A stretch of 64,000 nucleotides of DNA from the human T2T-CHM13v2.0 reference genome, Homo sapiens: NCBI RefSeq assembly GCF_009914755.1, contig NC_060935.1; one strand, given 5' to 3'. Under the pieces are notes generated by a model. That model was not told where the DNA came from. It saw only the letters and a list, made by a program, of their open reading frames with translations, and made no database searches. The number at the start of each line of letters is the position of its first letter. The first letter of the stretch is position 1. The position numbers and the translations under genes are program-made. Below, piece by piece: positions 26,133 through 40,000 of this stretch.

Positions 26133-29100
26133 CTAGAATCAATTGGACATAATGAACAAGTTTTGATTAAAGTAGATTTTGAAATTCATACTTTCACTGA
26201 GAAATTAAAACTAGCATATATGATTTGTCATGACCACAATCTGAAATGAAAATTATAATGTACAGAAATGTTAAAAGGAAAACTGGTTTTTGGATTAGGT
26301 TTGCAAATTCAAGCTTCAGTAATCTATTCTGAGAAAACCTTTACATACATTTAGTCATGACTGTTCCTAAATCTTCAATAATCAAAATGGGTCACTTTCT
26401 GAGCATCTGGTTTTAGAAAGTTTTCTTGGAAAAACTAATATCTGTAATTGCTGGCATATTTTAGGAGATGTAACTCTAGTTATAGGCCCAAATATTAACT
26501 ATATAAAGTTTTTAAAACAAATACCCACTCTGAATTAATTTACTGCATTCGGTGCTTTCTTGAGAAAGTAAATGACCTATATCTATATAGCTTACAAAAT
26601 CAGTAATGCCATTACAGAAAATAAATGAATACACACGACTTGCTATATTCTCTTTTTGGAAACGATCTTTTGGAATGATCACGTCATAAAATATGAAACT
26701 TATCATGAAGGAAAGCATGTAACTTTAAGGAGAGATGTGTGCTAACCAATATTGGAAAAATCTGAGCTGGTTAAACCAGGGTGTGAATGAGCTTAAGACC
26801 ATAAGTTCACCTCTGGCATTGGTCGGAGAAACTAGAATCCTGGGATTCAAGAAGACAGCAAAAGCTGCTTTAGTTATCCTTGTGGGCATTTGGTCTTCAA
26901 AGCACCTCCAGAGTGTTCCATCATTCTATCACATAGTAGGAGATCCTCAGTAACATAGTTTACATCTTCTAGGGAGCACTTATTCTATTTTCAGCTCCCT
27001 AAGATGTTGGAACCTTCTACTTGATAAGCTGAACTATTTCTTTCAGTTTTGGTCATCAGTATCTCGCTCCTACAATCTACTTTTCCACAGTGACTTCAGA
27101 TGCTGAGGTCACAGGCAAATGATGGGCATTCAGCGTGAACAGTGGCAGAAATCTCACATCCATATTACAGTTTTCTGTTACAATCATCAGAAGGAATCAT
27201 CATAAGAAACATTATTTCTGAATACATAGAGAAACCAATATGGCCTTCCTGGTCTTACTCATGCACCTCAGAGCTCTACTGGATTGGGCAAGGTAATGTA
27301 AAAAGAAAGTAAAAAATAATGATATTGTGACTAAATTTCTCTAACAGTGATTTACAAGGCCCTTATGTCCGTTGCCTCAGTTTCCTTATGGATAAAATAA
27401 GAAGGCTTATATAATTTTACCAGCTCCATATCTCTTGGGTGCTGTGTAAATTAATCACTTAATGTTTATATGGTGCTTGGAAGGTAAAAAGCACTAACAA
27501 AGTATCATTATGCAAGCAACAAAATATTACAATGTAAACATCAAGGAGGCTTTGGAACAGATGGTAGGAAATCAATTCCATTTCATTTTGTATACAATAC
27601 ATGTAAATCATATTTACTGCACAAAGCATGACTATAATTGAAACTTTTAATAACACCATAGGTCACTTTTGTTTAAAGAACACATCATTGTAACTTTAAC
27701 TCTGAACCTGAAGTCAAGAGAGGGCTGTTTTATCTCTTAGGGAGGGTTCTGAGACAAGTCTCTGGTCTGTCTCTTTCCCGTCTTTCTCTCCTCTTTTCTA
27801 CCTGCTATACTTCTACTTCCTTCCATAAATTTTGAGGAGCAACTAGATTTGATTAATGGTTCAGAAAGGAAACCATCCTCACTGTTCCTCCCTTAATTTC
27901 AAGGCCAGGATGTCAAAAGGACTCACTGCTAGGATCAAAACTCCAGCTCAGTAGTGGAGACCTGGCTTCCCTTCTGTGATATTGTAATAATAAGAAATAT
28001 ATATATTTGGTCTTTGTTCCTGGCACAGGCTCCTAAAACTCTTGGAATTTCTGAGTGCTGGGGTTAGAGGAGCATCTTTTTTTATTCATAATAAGCCCCC
28101 TTCCAACCATACCAGAATTTATCCTAATGAATAAATTCATTGCCTTTTGGAAGTACCTGTTGGGAGGCCCCGAGGTAGCTTCAGAATGGAGGCTCATCAC
28201 CAGAAAGAACAAGACATGATTAGAGAGTTGTAAATTTTGGCTCCACCCCTAGACCTCTGGGGAGGGAGAGGGCCTGGAGATGGAGTTCAATCACCAATGA
28301 TTTAATTAATCGTGCCTTCACAATGAGACTTCCATCAATACTCTTCTAGGCTGGTGAATACATCCAGGTGTTTCGAAGGTTGCAAACCCAGAGAAAGCAC
28401 TCTTTCCATACATCTTGCCTATGTATCTCTTTCACTTGGCTGTTCCTCAGTTGCATCCTCTATAATAAACTGGTAATAGCAAGGAAACTGTTTCCTTGAG
28501 TTTTGTGAGCTGTTCTGGCAAATTATTCAACCCAAGAAGAGGGTTATGGAACCCCTATTTACAGCTGGTTGATCAGAAGTAGGAGAGGCTTGGAAGCTGC
28601 AACTGACATAGAACATGGAGGCAGTCTTGTGGGACTGAGCCTTAACTTGTGGGATCTGACACTGATTCCAGGTAGTGTCTGAATTGAATTGAATAGGACA
28701 AAACAAGCTGGTGTTGGAGGATTAACTGCTGTGGGAAAAAACCCTCACCTCACAGATTTGGTATTGGAAGTGTTCTATGGGCAGAAACAGATCATGGTAC
28801 CCTCCACATCATCACCTTTAATAATCTTTTAATAGCGTCTTTTTCCCATGATTTTTTAGGCACAGAATATTAGTTCTTTTTTTTTGAGATGGAAAAGACG
28901 CAAGATCAGCATTAGTTTATTCTCTTTGTAAATATTAACTGGCTCTTCCTTAATGTATTCATCTCTGCTTTCTGGCATACATTACCCTCTATGGTCCTAG
29001 AAAGTAATAGTCAGTGCTGTTATTCTCAGCAAAATAGCAACATAATAAAAGCTGTCAGCATAATAAACATGCAACAGAGGACAACCAAATTTGAGGCCCC

Positions 29101-29937
29101 TCTTTTTATTATTCAAAGGAAAATAAACCCGCTGAAAGGATTTAGCAGTTCAGTAGTTCATTGGCAATGCAGAACAAGTGTGTGCAGTAAAGTACAAAAA
29201 AGAAAAAAAAAATCTTCCTCAAGTCTTATACATGCTAATTAAGCGAGTAAAATGCTGTGAGCGGACATTCAAAGAACAACAGTCCAGGCTTTCTTTGATA
29301 AATATGCTAAGAAGAGAGAAGATTATCAGACACAGCTTTCATCTTCTACTTGTGACCCAGAAACTGCAAGAAACAGACCCTTCTGAGGAGCACAGGGAAT
29401 CTGGGGTGAGCTTTCTCTTCCTTCCCACCCGTATCTGAGGCCTTAACACTATGAATTCGGGGTCAGGCCCTGATAGCTTCCCCAACCATCATCTCCCAGT
29501 GCTGGCGTAATTCATTATGGGTAGGAAGGCCTGGGTCAGCGGGAGCCGGGCAGGGGTTTATGCTCCCTAAGCCCATGGCAGGCTTTGACCACACATGATG
29601 CAGCTGCCCGTAACCTGGGATGCTGGATACCTGTGCATAAATGCTGCTCTGTGCCTGGAAAAGGAGAGGACCTCCAGATTTCACCCTTCTTTGGAGGTCA
29701 CACAGTCCTGACAGTTGCACAAGTGAGTTTCTGTGAGTACTGCCAGGTTATTCGGCTCTCTGCCTCAGCAGTCTACGCTATCTTGTCTGTTAGGGTCTTT
29801 AGGCTTTTTGAAAAAGAAGCGACACATGTTGGGTCCATTTAAAAGGCTCAAAAGGAATGTTTGATACGATGCTTTAAATTCATCTTTTTCTTTTTTCACC
29901 TTGAAATAGTACCGTAAAAATTTTTTTCCCAACTTAC
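26133..29937 (-). other. PDGFD: PDGFD intron 2 (3805 bp, GT-AG, phase 2)
   Basis: Bounded by the exon 2 donor GTAAGT and the exon 3 acceptor TAG. Confidence 0.95.
27975..28790 (+). mobile_element. MER21-family solo LTR (MER21C-like) in intron 2
   Basis: tgtgatattgtaataataagaaatatatatatttggtct...ctcctaaaactcttggaattt...gtgtctgaattgaattgaatagga. Right end approximate. Confidence 0.8.
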
Positions 29938-30142
29938 CTACAGATATCATTTTCTGCTTCCTCTAATCCAAACTGATTGTCAAACACTAGCTGTATCCGT
30001 GTATTCTCCTGAGAGTGAAGCCGCCATGTCAGGAGCAGGTTCCTGGGGTAGCTGTTCGGGAATCTAGGACTCTGCACGTAGCCGTTTCCTTTCACCTGGA
30101 TGGTCTCATCTCTTCGGTACAAGTCTGTGAGGTGATTGCTCT
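29938..30142 (-). CDS. PDGFD: PDGFD exon 2 (205 nt), N-terminal half of the CUB domain, about residues 42-110
   Basis: Translates as (E)SNHLTDLYRRDETIQVKGNGYVQSPRFPNSYPRNLLLTWRLHSQENTRIQLVFDNQFGLEEAENDICR, matching PDGF-D as I recall it. Acceptor actaacAG at 30144-30143; donor AG|GTAAGT at 29937. Alternative in-frame acceptor cacAG| gives an exon start at 30124. Confidence 0.98.
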
Positions 30143-30144
30143 CT

Positions 30145-30174
30145 GTTAGTAGTCACAACTTGTAGAAATTAGTA
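30145..30174 (-). promoter_or_regulatory. Tandem splice branch-point motifs TACTAAT (30174-30168) and TACTAAC (30151-30145)
   Basis: Minus strand reads caTACTAATttctacaagttgtgacTACTAACag|agagcaatcacctcacag|acttg. Confidence 0.7.
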
Positions 30175-30747
30175 TGTTGCTCCAATTACAGGAAAGTCAA
30201 AAAAAGAGAACAGTTTACAACACATCATACTTCAAAACACTTCTTTATTTTGCCTAAAAACATTAAGACTAAATGCAAATAAACAAACTTTTTTTCTCAC
30301 ACTGATGGCGTAGCAATCTATGTCCAGTGACTAGCATCTGAGATACTCAATAAAGACTGCTGAGTGAATGAATGAGTGAAAAACAAAAGAAAAGACTCTA
30401 GTGATGTTTAATGACCCTTTATTTTGTATTCAATTGATATTCTCCGATGGGTAACCTTCTGCCTTCTGGTTAAACAAACAACACATCTTTCTTCTAGTAT
30501 CCCCCACCTCCCTAAATTCTTCACAAATCCACCCTTGATGTCTGTCTAACTTTGTACTTTGGGAGTTCTCTTAATATCATTCTTGACAAGCAAAGACTAA
30601 CAACAATCTCAGAACTTCAGTTCATTTAGTATGGATTAGAATCAGCAAATAATTTCATCCATCCTTCCACCACAAAAAATCATAATTTTGTGTCTTGGGT
30701 TTTCTATGAGTTAAAATAGGTCCAATTCTTACTGTATTTTCTCTATG

Positions 30748-31518
30748 CTGTTAGCCAGATAAAAAGAATTTATCTGGTTTTTGTACTGGGTTCTTGGAAG
30801 AGAGTTTCCAAACCCTTGGAATTTCTCACGTCATAGAAATATTTTTGTTATTCATGATATGGCCCCCGGGACCACGTCTGAATTTATGCTAATGAAGTGA
30901 CTCACTGTGGGCCCACAGATAACTTTAGGATGGGGGTCGGCCATGCCAGATAGACCAACCATGTGATTAAGGGTTAGGGTTTGGAGCCATTATGACATTC
31001 AACCTGATCTCTCTCCCAACCTCTGGGGATGAAAGACGGATTGAAGATTGAGTCCACTCATGTTGATAATGATTCCATCAATCATGACTGCATAATGAAA
31101 CTCCAGTGAAAACTCTAGACACCAAGACTTGGGTGAGTTTCCCAGGTGGGGATACACATTGATGTACCAGCAGGCTGATGTGTCCCGAGGACACAGAAGC
31201 TTCATGCTTGAGACCCTCTCAGACCTTACCCTATGTGCTTCTTTATTTAGCTGGTCCTAATTTATATCCTTTATAGGAGGACTTTAATTTTAAGTACAGT
31301 GCTTTTCTGATTTCTGTGAGTTGTTCTAGCAAATATCAAACCTGGGGGTTTATAGGGACTCCCAAATTTATAACCAATTGGTCAGAAGTGCAAGTGAGCT
31401 GGGGTCCCCCAAACTTGCAGCTGATGTCTGAAGTGAGTACCATATTGTGGTGCTTGTAATTTTAACCTGTGGAATTTGGCCTAACTCCCGGTAGTTTTCA
31501 TCAGAATTGCATCATACA
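30748..31518 (+). mobile_element. MER77-like (MER21-related) solo LTR
   Basis: aaagaatttatctgg...aaacccttggaattt...ttatgctaatgaagtgactca...tcagaattgca; visibly homologous to the LTR at 27975. Confidence 0.75.
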
Positions 31519-32133
31519 GTGGATCCCCTTTTCATCTCTCTCAATATTCAGAGTTCATTGCATTTTGGATTTTGGCTTTTTAGGCCCCACCATAAACAGA
31601 CCTCCAGCCACAGTCTATTTATGTTATCCTGCAGAGAGTTTACTTTGAGGACTATAATTCAGTGAGCCTGGTCAGGGAAGCTATGCTTGCTGGTGGAAAC
31701 CACTGTAAGGTAGGGTTTCTGAGGGTGGCTGTTAGAGCTTCCAAAAATAAGACAAAGAGGATAAGAATTGGCATGTGAAGTACAAAAGTCTCTTTTGCAA
31801 GTGATTTTGCATATGGGAATTTAAACTTTTTTTGGACTCATTTAATGTTAATGTGTTGCAGCTTGTTCAGCTAGACTTTGTGTGGGAGACAGAGTCGTAG
31901 GAAAAGCAACGGGTAGTTGAGGGATGTCCCCACTCCCTGCCTCCAGATGAAGGCAGTGGCCTGCAGTCATGGCAGCACTTCCAACAAGGACAGCAAGCAG
32001 ACAACTTCCTAGGAGACGAAAATCATTTCTGCTCGTTGAGTCTTTTCCCTTCCCTTGATCTTATGCTTAAAGATCAGCTGCGAAAACTGGTGTCTGCTCA
32101 TTTTGTCATAAGGGGCTTTTAGGCAATGGGTCT

Positions 32134-32493
32134 TGATATGGTTTGGCTCTGTGTCCCCACCCAAATCTCATCTCTAATTGTAATCCTCACATGTCAGGGG
32201 AGGGACCTGGTGGGAGATGACTAGATCATGGGGTGGTTCCCCCATGCTGTTCTCGTGATAATGAGTGAGTTCTCATGAAATCTGATGGCTTAAAAGTGTG
32301 GCGGTCCCCTGCAACCCCTGCCTCCTGCTGCCATGTAAAAGGTGCCTTGCTTCCCCTTCACCTTCTGCTATGATTGTAAGTTTCCCAAGGGCTCCTATGC
32401 CATATGGAACTGTGAGCCAATTAAACCTCTGTTCTTAATAAATTACCCAGTCTCAGGTAGTTCTTTATAACAGTGTGAAAAATGACTAACACA
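32134..32493 (+). mobile_element. THE1C/THE1D MaLR solo LTR
   Basis: tgatatggtttggctctgtgtccccacccaaatctcatct...gactaacaca; perfect TSD ggtct (32129-32133 and 32494-32498). Confidence 0.92.
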
Positions 32494-32959
32494 GGTCTGA
32501 ACACTGTTTTCTAGGTTGACTGATTTGAGCTATTAGTCAGTCAACAATTATGTATTAAGCATAGATTAACCATATTGTATTATAGTATTTTCAAGACTTC
32601 TATCACTTGAGTATTACCCTTACAATTTTTGCCACATTTTTGTGCCTCTACTGCTATTAATTATTTATTAGTTTCTCTCTAAATTAATATTTTAATCAAA
32701 AGCAAATTTATTCTAAAATAAAACTTTATGCCAATAATGTAAATGGCAAGCAGCCATCATTTGCCATGAATAGAAGGTAACCATGAGTCTAAATATATTA
32801 CTATTAAATTTTAAAATATCTATCTCAGGTATTCAGATTCCTCATTTGTATAAGTGAATTGAGCATCACATTTTCTCTTTGGTCTTTTTCATGGGTATTA
32901 TATATTCTTTCTTTACAGTTTCAGATGCTATGTTAGATCTGGATAGAATTTAAAAATGT

Positions 32960-33960
32960 TTAAAGAATGGTTCTTGTCTTCGTACACTTGGAAAAAAAAG
33001 TTGATGCATACTGCACAAATGTAAACAGGCAAAAGGGAATATTAAGTGCTGAGTGTAAATGCTGTGGTTGCTCAAAGGCCAGGTGAGCAGCAAGGGCTAA
33101 TGTGGAGAATGTGTTCATATGATCCTTGCAAGAGGCCTGCCCAGAACAGAGCCCAAGTGAGACATAAGAGGCTAGAAGCTTTAAAGGAACTATGGAAATA
33201 TTTGAAAGCCAGGCAGAAATATCTCCACTTGATATGGGTACAAACAGATCAGCCCTGGTGTGGGTGAATAGTTTGTTAAAAGGAAGATTAGCCTGTTGGT
33301 GATACAGTAGACAAACTGGAGGGAAAATGCCTGGAGCATCAAGGTCTCCTAGGAACTAGAGGTGAGGGTAACAAGGTCCTATTCTGGAAGGGCAGGTGGC
33401 AGTGATGCCACTTTGGGGGAAAAATAGAAAGGAATGTAAAAGTATTGGTTAGAGGTAGCAGCAGCATGCTAAGCCTAGAGCCTGGGCTCAGTGTGGTATT
33501 ATTGATACTCAAGGATGCTGCCAGGGGAAACATTTTTAGAGGAATGTAAGTTTGGTTTTGAAGTGGTGATGAGTAATTCAAGTGGAAACTTAGCAGGCTT
33601 TGGGGTTACAGAGCTGGCTGAGAGAACAGATTAGACACAAGGCCTCAGCTTAGAGAGGGGAGAGGAGGCCTTGGGAATCAGTGATCCCTCTCAAGAAGTG
33701 TCCTGAGAAGGGAAGGTGAAGCTTGGTGCTGGCAGACATGCCCTGGGAGTGGCAGATGACAGAAGGAGTGCCCACCTGGAGCAATGGCTGGGAAGGAAGC
33801 TGTGTGTAAGTCAGGCTGCCCAGAAAAGGGACAATTTCAAGGACAGAGTGGTCAATAAAGTCACATGCAAAACAAGACCAGGGGACAATAGACGGAGAAA
33901 AGACCACAGAACTTGGTAATAACAAAGTCAATGATATCCTTTCAAAGTACACTTTTAGAA
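32960..33960. mobile_element. Degenerate L2 LINE fragment
   Basis: Purine-rich stretch with L2-like phrases (gagtggtcaata..., aagaccacagaacttgg). Boundaries approximate. Confidence 0.5.
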
Positions 33961-34128
33961 CTTTTCTAAGTATAAAAGGGGACTCTTTTTTCTAAAACAT
34001 CATTAAAGTCTACACTGTCTTAAAGGTATTAACTCTGGTTATAAATGAATGCCAATTACATTTTTATGAACCTGTAGAAGGGGTGGGGAGAGGGGCTTTC
34101 CTTCTTATGTAGTTTGATTAAGACAGTA

Positions 34129-34455
34129 CAGTCAGCCCTCCATATCCATGGGTTCCACATTCATGGATTCATCAACATCAAATTGAAAATATTTATTAAA
34201 AACAGGATGCTTGTGTCTGTGCTGAACACATACAGACTTTTTTTCTTGGCATTATTCCCTAAACAATACAGTATAACAACTGTTTACATAGCATTTATAC
34301 TGTTTCTAGAGGTGATTTCAAAATATAGAAGAGGATGTGCATAGATTATATGCAAACAGTACATCATTTTATATAATGGGTTTTGGTATCCTTGTGGTAT
34401 GTGGAGCGGGAAGGGGTTCTGGAATCAATACCTCATTAATACTGAGGGATGACTA
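34129..34455. mobile_element. MER2 TcMar-Tigger MITE
   Basis: TA|cagtcagccctccatatccatggg ... actgagggatgacta|TA: terminal inverted repeats with TA TSD. Confidence 0.85.
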
Positions 34456-34599
34456 TATTCGTTTTCAATTTCACAAATTTGTCAGAGACCTATGCTGCAG
34501 TATTTTGAACTACAGGGGAAAAATAACAATATTTCAGATTTATTTTTCCTTAAAAAATTCTGCCAAAAAATACACCTGAACAAACAAAATATGCACAAC

Positions 34600-35215
<616 letters not shown>

Positions 35216-35479
35216 GAAAGTGTTCTTCCTTCTTAGTCTGAAATCTGCTTGAGGCAATTTTAGATTCTTTGCTACGTGTAATTGTGTAATCCACTTCTAA
35301 GTCACACTGTTTACATATAATTTAACTTAATGCCAACTCAGGGCTATTCTTAGCAGAAGAGTTGTAATGAATTATAGATATAAAGAACAACCTCTCAGGT
35401 TAAACCCGAGATAAGTACCAAAGTATTATACACAAAGTCACATTCCTAAACAAAGGTATTTACTTTGGTGTTCCAATAA

Positions 35480-35715
35480 CAGCTAACATTTCTAGAGCAA
35501 CTATTGCCAGGTACTCCAATAAGTGGTTTAAAGCCATTACTTCATTTAATCCTCACAACAACCCCATGCCATTGGTATTATCCCCACTTTACAAAGGAAG
35601 TTCTGAAAATTTAAGAAACTTGTGACCTCAGGCACAAAGCTTGTGGTGGAATCAAGATATGACCTTAGGCAGTCTACTACTTTCAGAGCACACATGCTTA
35701 ACCAGAGCACTGTAC
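35480..35715. mobile_element. MIR
   Basis: catttaatcctcacaacaacccc...ccccactttacaaaggaag core. Confidence 0.75.
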
Positions 35716-36027
35716 TAGCTGTTAAACTACAAAAATAGGAAAACAATCACTTTTCACAGAGAGGAAATAATTTTTATGTATGTTTATATAACAATGACAT
35801 AGTTTTATTTTGCATTTTAACACAGAAAGATGTTCACATCCTCATAAACTCTGAGGTACGCATTTGACTTAAAAAAGGCAATTAAAATTTTTAAAAAGCC
35901 AAAATGTTATATAATTGTCTATTTTATTCCCAATTGTTCAGCAAACTCAGCTCACCCAACCAAGTACCCCAGGAGCTCATGAAAGTCACTGTAGGCACTA
36001 TTACTTATCCCTGAAATCCATCTAGAC

Positions 36028-36216
36028 CAATGGTTTGCTATATGTGGTCCCCAGAGCATCATTATTAACATCACCTAGGAGTCTGTTAGGAATGTAAATT
36101 CTCAGGTCCTACTCCAGACCTACAGAAGCAGAAATGCTGGGCACGGAACCAAGCACTATACATATTAATAAGCCTCCAAGGTGATTCTGATGCACCCTAA
36201 GGTTTGAGAACCACTG
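36028..36216. mobile_element. MER5A hAT-Charlie MITE
   Basis: caatggtt...atcacctagg...aggtgattctgatgca...gtttgagaaccactg. Confidence 0.8.
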
Positions 36217-36329
36217 ACCATATCATGATTTCTATTTTGCTTCTTATTCCTACTTTCCTGCCACCTCTTTGCTTTGACTCTGTAACTCAAGTCTGGTTTT
36301 TCATTTTGTGTCCTTGACTGACAACCTGT

Positions 36330-37074
36330 TGATATGGACAGGAGTCAGAGAAATACTGGGTAGAAGAGGGTAGTTCCCCGGCAAAGGCCCCACTCTCAAG
36401 CCTGGAAATCCACAGCCCTAAATGGGAACAGGCATTCCTGTTTTTGTTCCCAAAAGTTGCCTTTGGGTCTGCCATGCCACCCTATCCTGTACCCATAATA
36501 ACTCCAGACCCCAGGCTCCAGAAGCAGATGAGGAGGAGACGAACAGAAGTGCAGAAGAATGGCCGAACAGCGTGGCAGAGAGAAGAGAAGGAGCATCTGA
36601 ATATCAAGAGGAGTTCAGCTGGGGGCGGCTAGAGAGGAGACCTGCTGCTGGACAGCCAAACTCCAGGGAAGAGTATATTCCCACTCCATCCCCCTTCCAG
36701 CTCCCTATCCATCCTGGTGAGAGCCGCCTCCACCATTCAATAAAACCCCCACATTCATCCTTCAAGTCCATGTGGAACCTGATTCTTCCTGGATGCCAGA
36801 CAAGGACCTGTGTACCAAGAGGGCATGGAGCTGGTTAATACTTAAGCTGTCTGTGGACAGCAAGGCTAAAAGTGCACACTGTATCACGTGCCCATTTGGG
36901 CTTTGGGAGTTGCAGATACCCACTCCTGGATGTTGCTATGGGAGTGGACCCCAGGGGTCTCATCTGCGTGCTCCCCCTCCTGTAAGGGGTTTGAGTGTGC
37001 ATGACAGCTAAACAAGAGGAGCCACATGCCTGTCGCAAGTCCTATGCGGGGGATCAGGGAAGTATCCCGTTTTA
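36330..37074 (+). mobile_element. ERV1 solo LTR, MER50 family
   Basis: tgatatggacaggag..gaaatactgggtagaagagg...; 4-bp TSD ctgt (36326-36329 and 37075-37078). Confidence 0.85.
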
Positions 37075-40000
37075 CTGTCTTGGGCTCACTTTTCTATTTC
37101 CGACCTTGGAACCTCCTCTAGGATGTCATTTCCAGTATACAATGACTAGAGCAAGAGGCTACACACCTTGGTGTCTTTGACTGCCTTTGACAGTCTCACC
37201 CCTTATCCAGCTTTCCCCATTCATGAAGAAGTCACCCCTGGCCCCAATAAATGTATGTGATAATCCATCATCATATATAATAATGCTTAAGGAGAAATGA
37301 AACTATGAATAATGGTAATGTTTTTCTTCTCATATCATAATATTATACATGACAACATAAGATGCAAAAGGAAAATAGTTGTTGAAGTAAAAATTAAAAT
37401 ATCTGATCAAACAGTGATATAGTTGCAGGCTGTGCCATCTCACACAAACTCAGTGGAACACTACAGACATGCCCTTTTTCTCTTGTCCCCATAAGACAGC
37501 CAGGAACCAATAGCATGACTGATAGTGACAAACCCTTTTCAGCTACAAGCCAAAAGCAATCAAGAATCAGGAAATTCCAAACTTACAAAAAGATCTTTTT
37601 AACAAAATATCATTAATAAAAGTGCTGTTTCATGATCCTATAATATGTCATAGCAGTAATGTTTGCCCAGAATGTAGTTGAATGATATGTAAACTATATA
37701 GTCCCACTTCTGTTGCTAAACAACCACAGTAACCTAAATTTGTGTGGGATGCAGTATAGTTTATAAACACCCATTTTGCAAGTCCATCATAGAAATAAGT
37801 TGACAAAATAGGAAGCAAATATTATACTTTCATTCTGTTTTTTATAATAATTGTTTTGTTGTTACTTTAACAGGTAACAAAAGCAACAGAGAGAAGTGAT
37901 TTGTTGCAAGCCCAAAGAATGGAAGCTTTCCATATTTAAGAGCTGAGTCTTAAAGTCAGCTCTACCTCTTTCAAGTCCTAGTAACTCTTCCCCTATATTA
38001 CAAACAGCAGCATTATTCACACCATGTCATCCCTCTGGCTTCTGTTTCTCAACCTGATACATTAGGGGGCTGAATAATGTGGCAGATTCCTTTCAGGTAC
38101 AAAATGACATGACACCTCAATAGTTTTCTTCCAAGGGGACAGAAATACCAGTGGTTGGACTATGGGTAATAGATAAGATTAAACAATGCTCGGAAAATAA
38201 AATCTCAAATCTCAAATCTTCAATGGGTAAGTGGTCAAACACTTTTGCTAACTATATGTAACATTTTATTATATTAGCATTAGATATAATAGATATTATA
38301 TATAGTTGTATGCCATCATCTGAAATAAGAATACAAGTTGTTCAAACACATATTGTTTGGAAAAATCTCTATTTCTTTTCAACTAGAAAAGTGTCCCAGG
38401 CACATAATTATCCACTTAGCACACTAATTTGTGTTGAAAACATTACGAAGGAATTAAAATAAATGTTTTAATGTAGAAACAATGTATTCTATCTTTTGCT
38501 CCCTTTAAAACTAAGTAAAGACTTCTTTCTGAGTCTATCTAGGTAGAAGAGATAAAAACTGAAGATACTCAAAAGTGCTGTATAATTTCTTTAAAGTTTC
38601 AAAGGAAAGTAAAAAATAAATCACATTGGAGAAAATTAAACTCCTGAGGCAAAGGACTATGTCTTGTTAATCAGTGTAACCCCAGTATATTGCCAGTCTG
38701 GGCATATGAGGCACTCAAAATATATTTTTAAAAAACATACATGGATGAATGGTTAACTACAAATAGTACATATTATATATGCATATTATAATAATAATGC
38801 AAATTATTAATACAAACCTGAAAGACATTTAAAGATAACAAATAAAAGGCAATTTTATCAGAAATAAAATTGTAAAATGCCCCAAATATTTCACTTCTAA
38901 GAAATTCATATTAATGTACCCAAGGGCCCTATATTTGTGAGAACACATTTAGCATGAACATTAAGGGATTATTTTTGGAAGAGATGCATTTAAATGATCC
39001 TGCTTAACATCTGGTTTATATATTAATTCTGAAATGACTACTTACTCTGTCCTATTTCCATTTCACAACCTACCAGTAGCACCAGAGCCAGGCCCTACCA
39101 TACTTTAAGAAGTTGTGACTCTGAAAGAAAAGAAGAAAAATGCTGTAACAAAAGTAAAATAGTTTGCTGTTATATATGGGGGCTGCTCTTGGATTTATTA
39201 AGCAATATACAAAATCGGTGACTGACTAGATTCCATAGGTTCTCATCCTATGCAACCATTTAATTTAGAGTGGCAAGCTCAGCAAAATGAATCAAAATCA
39301 GTCCTGTGTCTTGCAAATGCATTATTATTATTATTATTATTATTATCATTACTACTCAATGACCTCAAGTAATTTCTGCACTCTTCCTCAAAGAATCAAA
39401 ACACAGTAAAGTGTCCTAAGATGCAAAACAGTACCTTAATTGATGAGACAATGTGCGGTGTTTTGTTGAAGCAGCAAAAAAGAAATGAAAGAGATGGAAG
39501 ATAGAAAAGAGACTAGGGCAGGAAGTCCTAACTTAAAAATGAATAGGTCAATTTGTACAACAGACCCTAAAATATGCAACTTGGATTAAATTGAATTTAA
39601 TTAGATAATTTTCCATAAATTATCTCCTAACTTAAAAAGTACAGGGTTGGAGTCTCACCATGTGAACTGATAAAGGTGAAAATTAGACTCTAACAATGTT
39701 AGTTTAAAAATCAGCACGGAAGCTTTTTCAGCTTTTTCCCCCTAGTGTTTGCTAACGCACTGAAGCTTGCAATCAATGAGCTGAAGTCCTCCTGGGACTA
39801 TTAATAGGACGGTCTTCACTAAGGAATTTTTGGTTAACACATGTTCCTAGTGAGAATTAGTCTTCCAATAGCTCACATTAGCTTTCCAAAAACAACATCC
39901 ACCTGTGCTCAGTCTATGGCCTGCCATTAAGAAACTCAAGAGCAAAGCTGATTAAACATCAGACATTTATTTAGAATTCTCCAGCAGAGATTTTTCTAAG

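Noticed and set aside
27975-31518. Related LTRs flanking exon 2 as a provirus or exon-capturing element
   Set aside because: Different, diverged subfamilies, and the enclosed exon belongs to an ancient vertebrate gene.
36422-36838. 138-aa ORF
   Set aside because: Lies wholly within a MER50 LTR; no recognisable domain.
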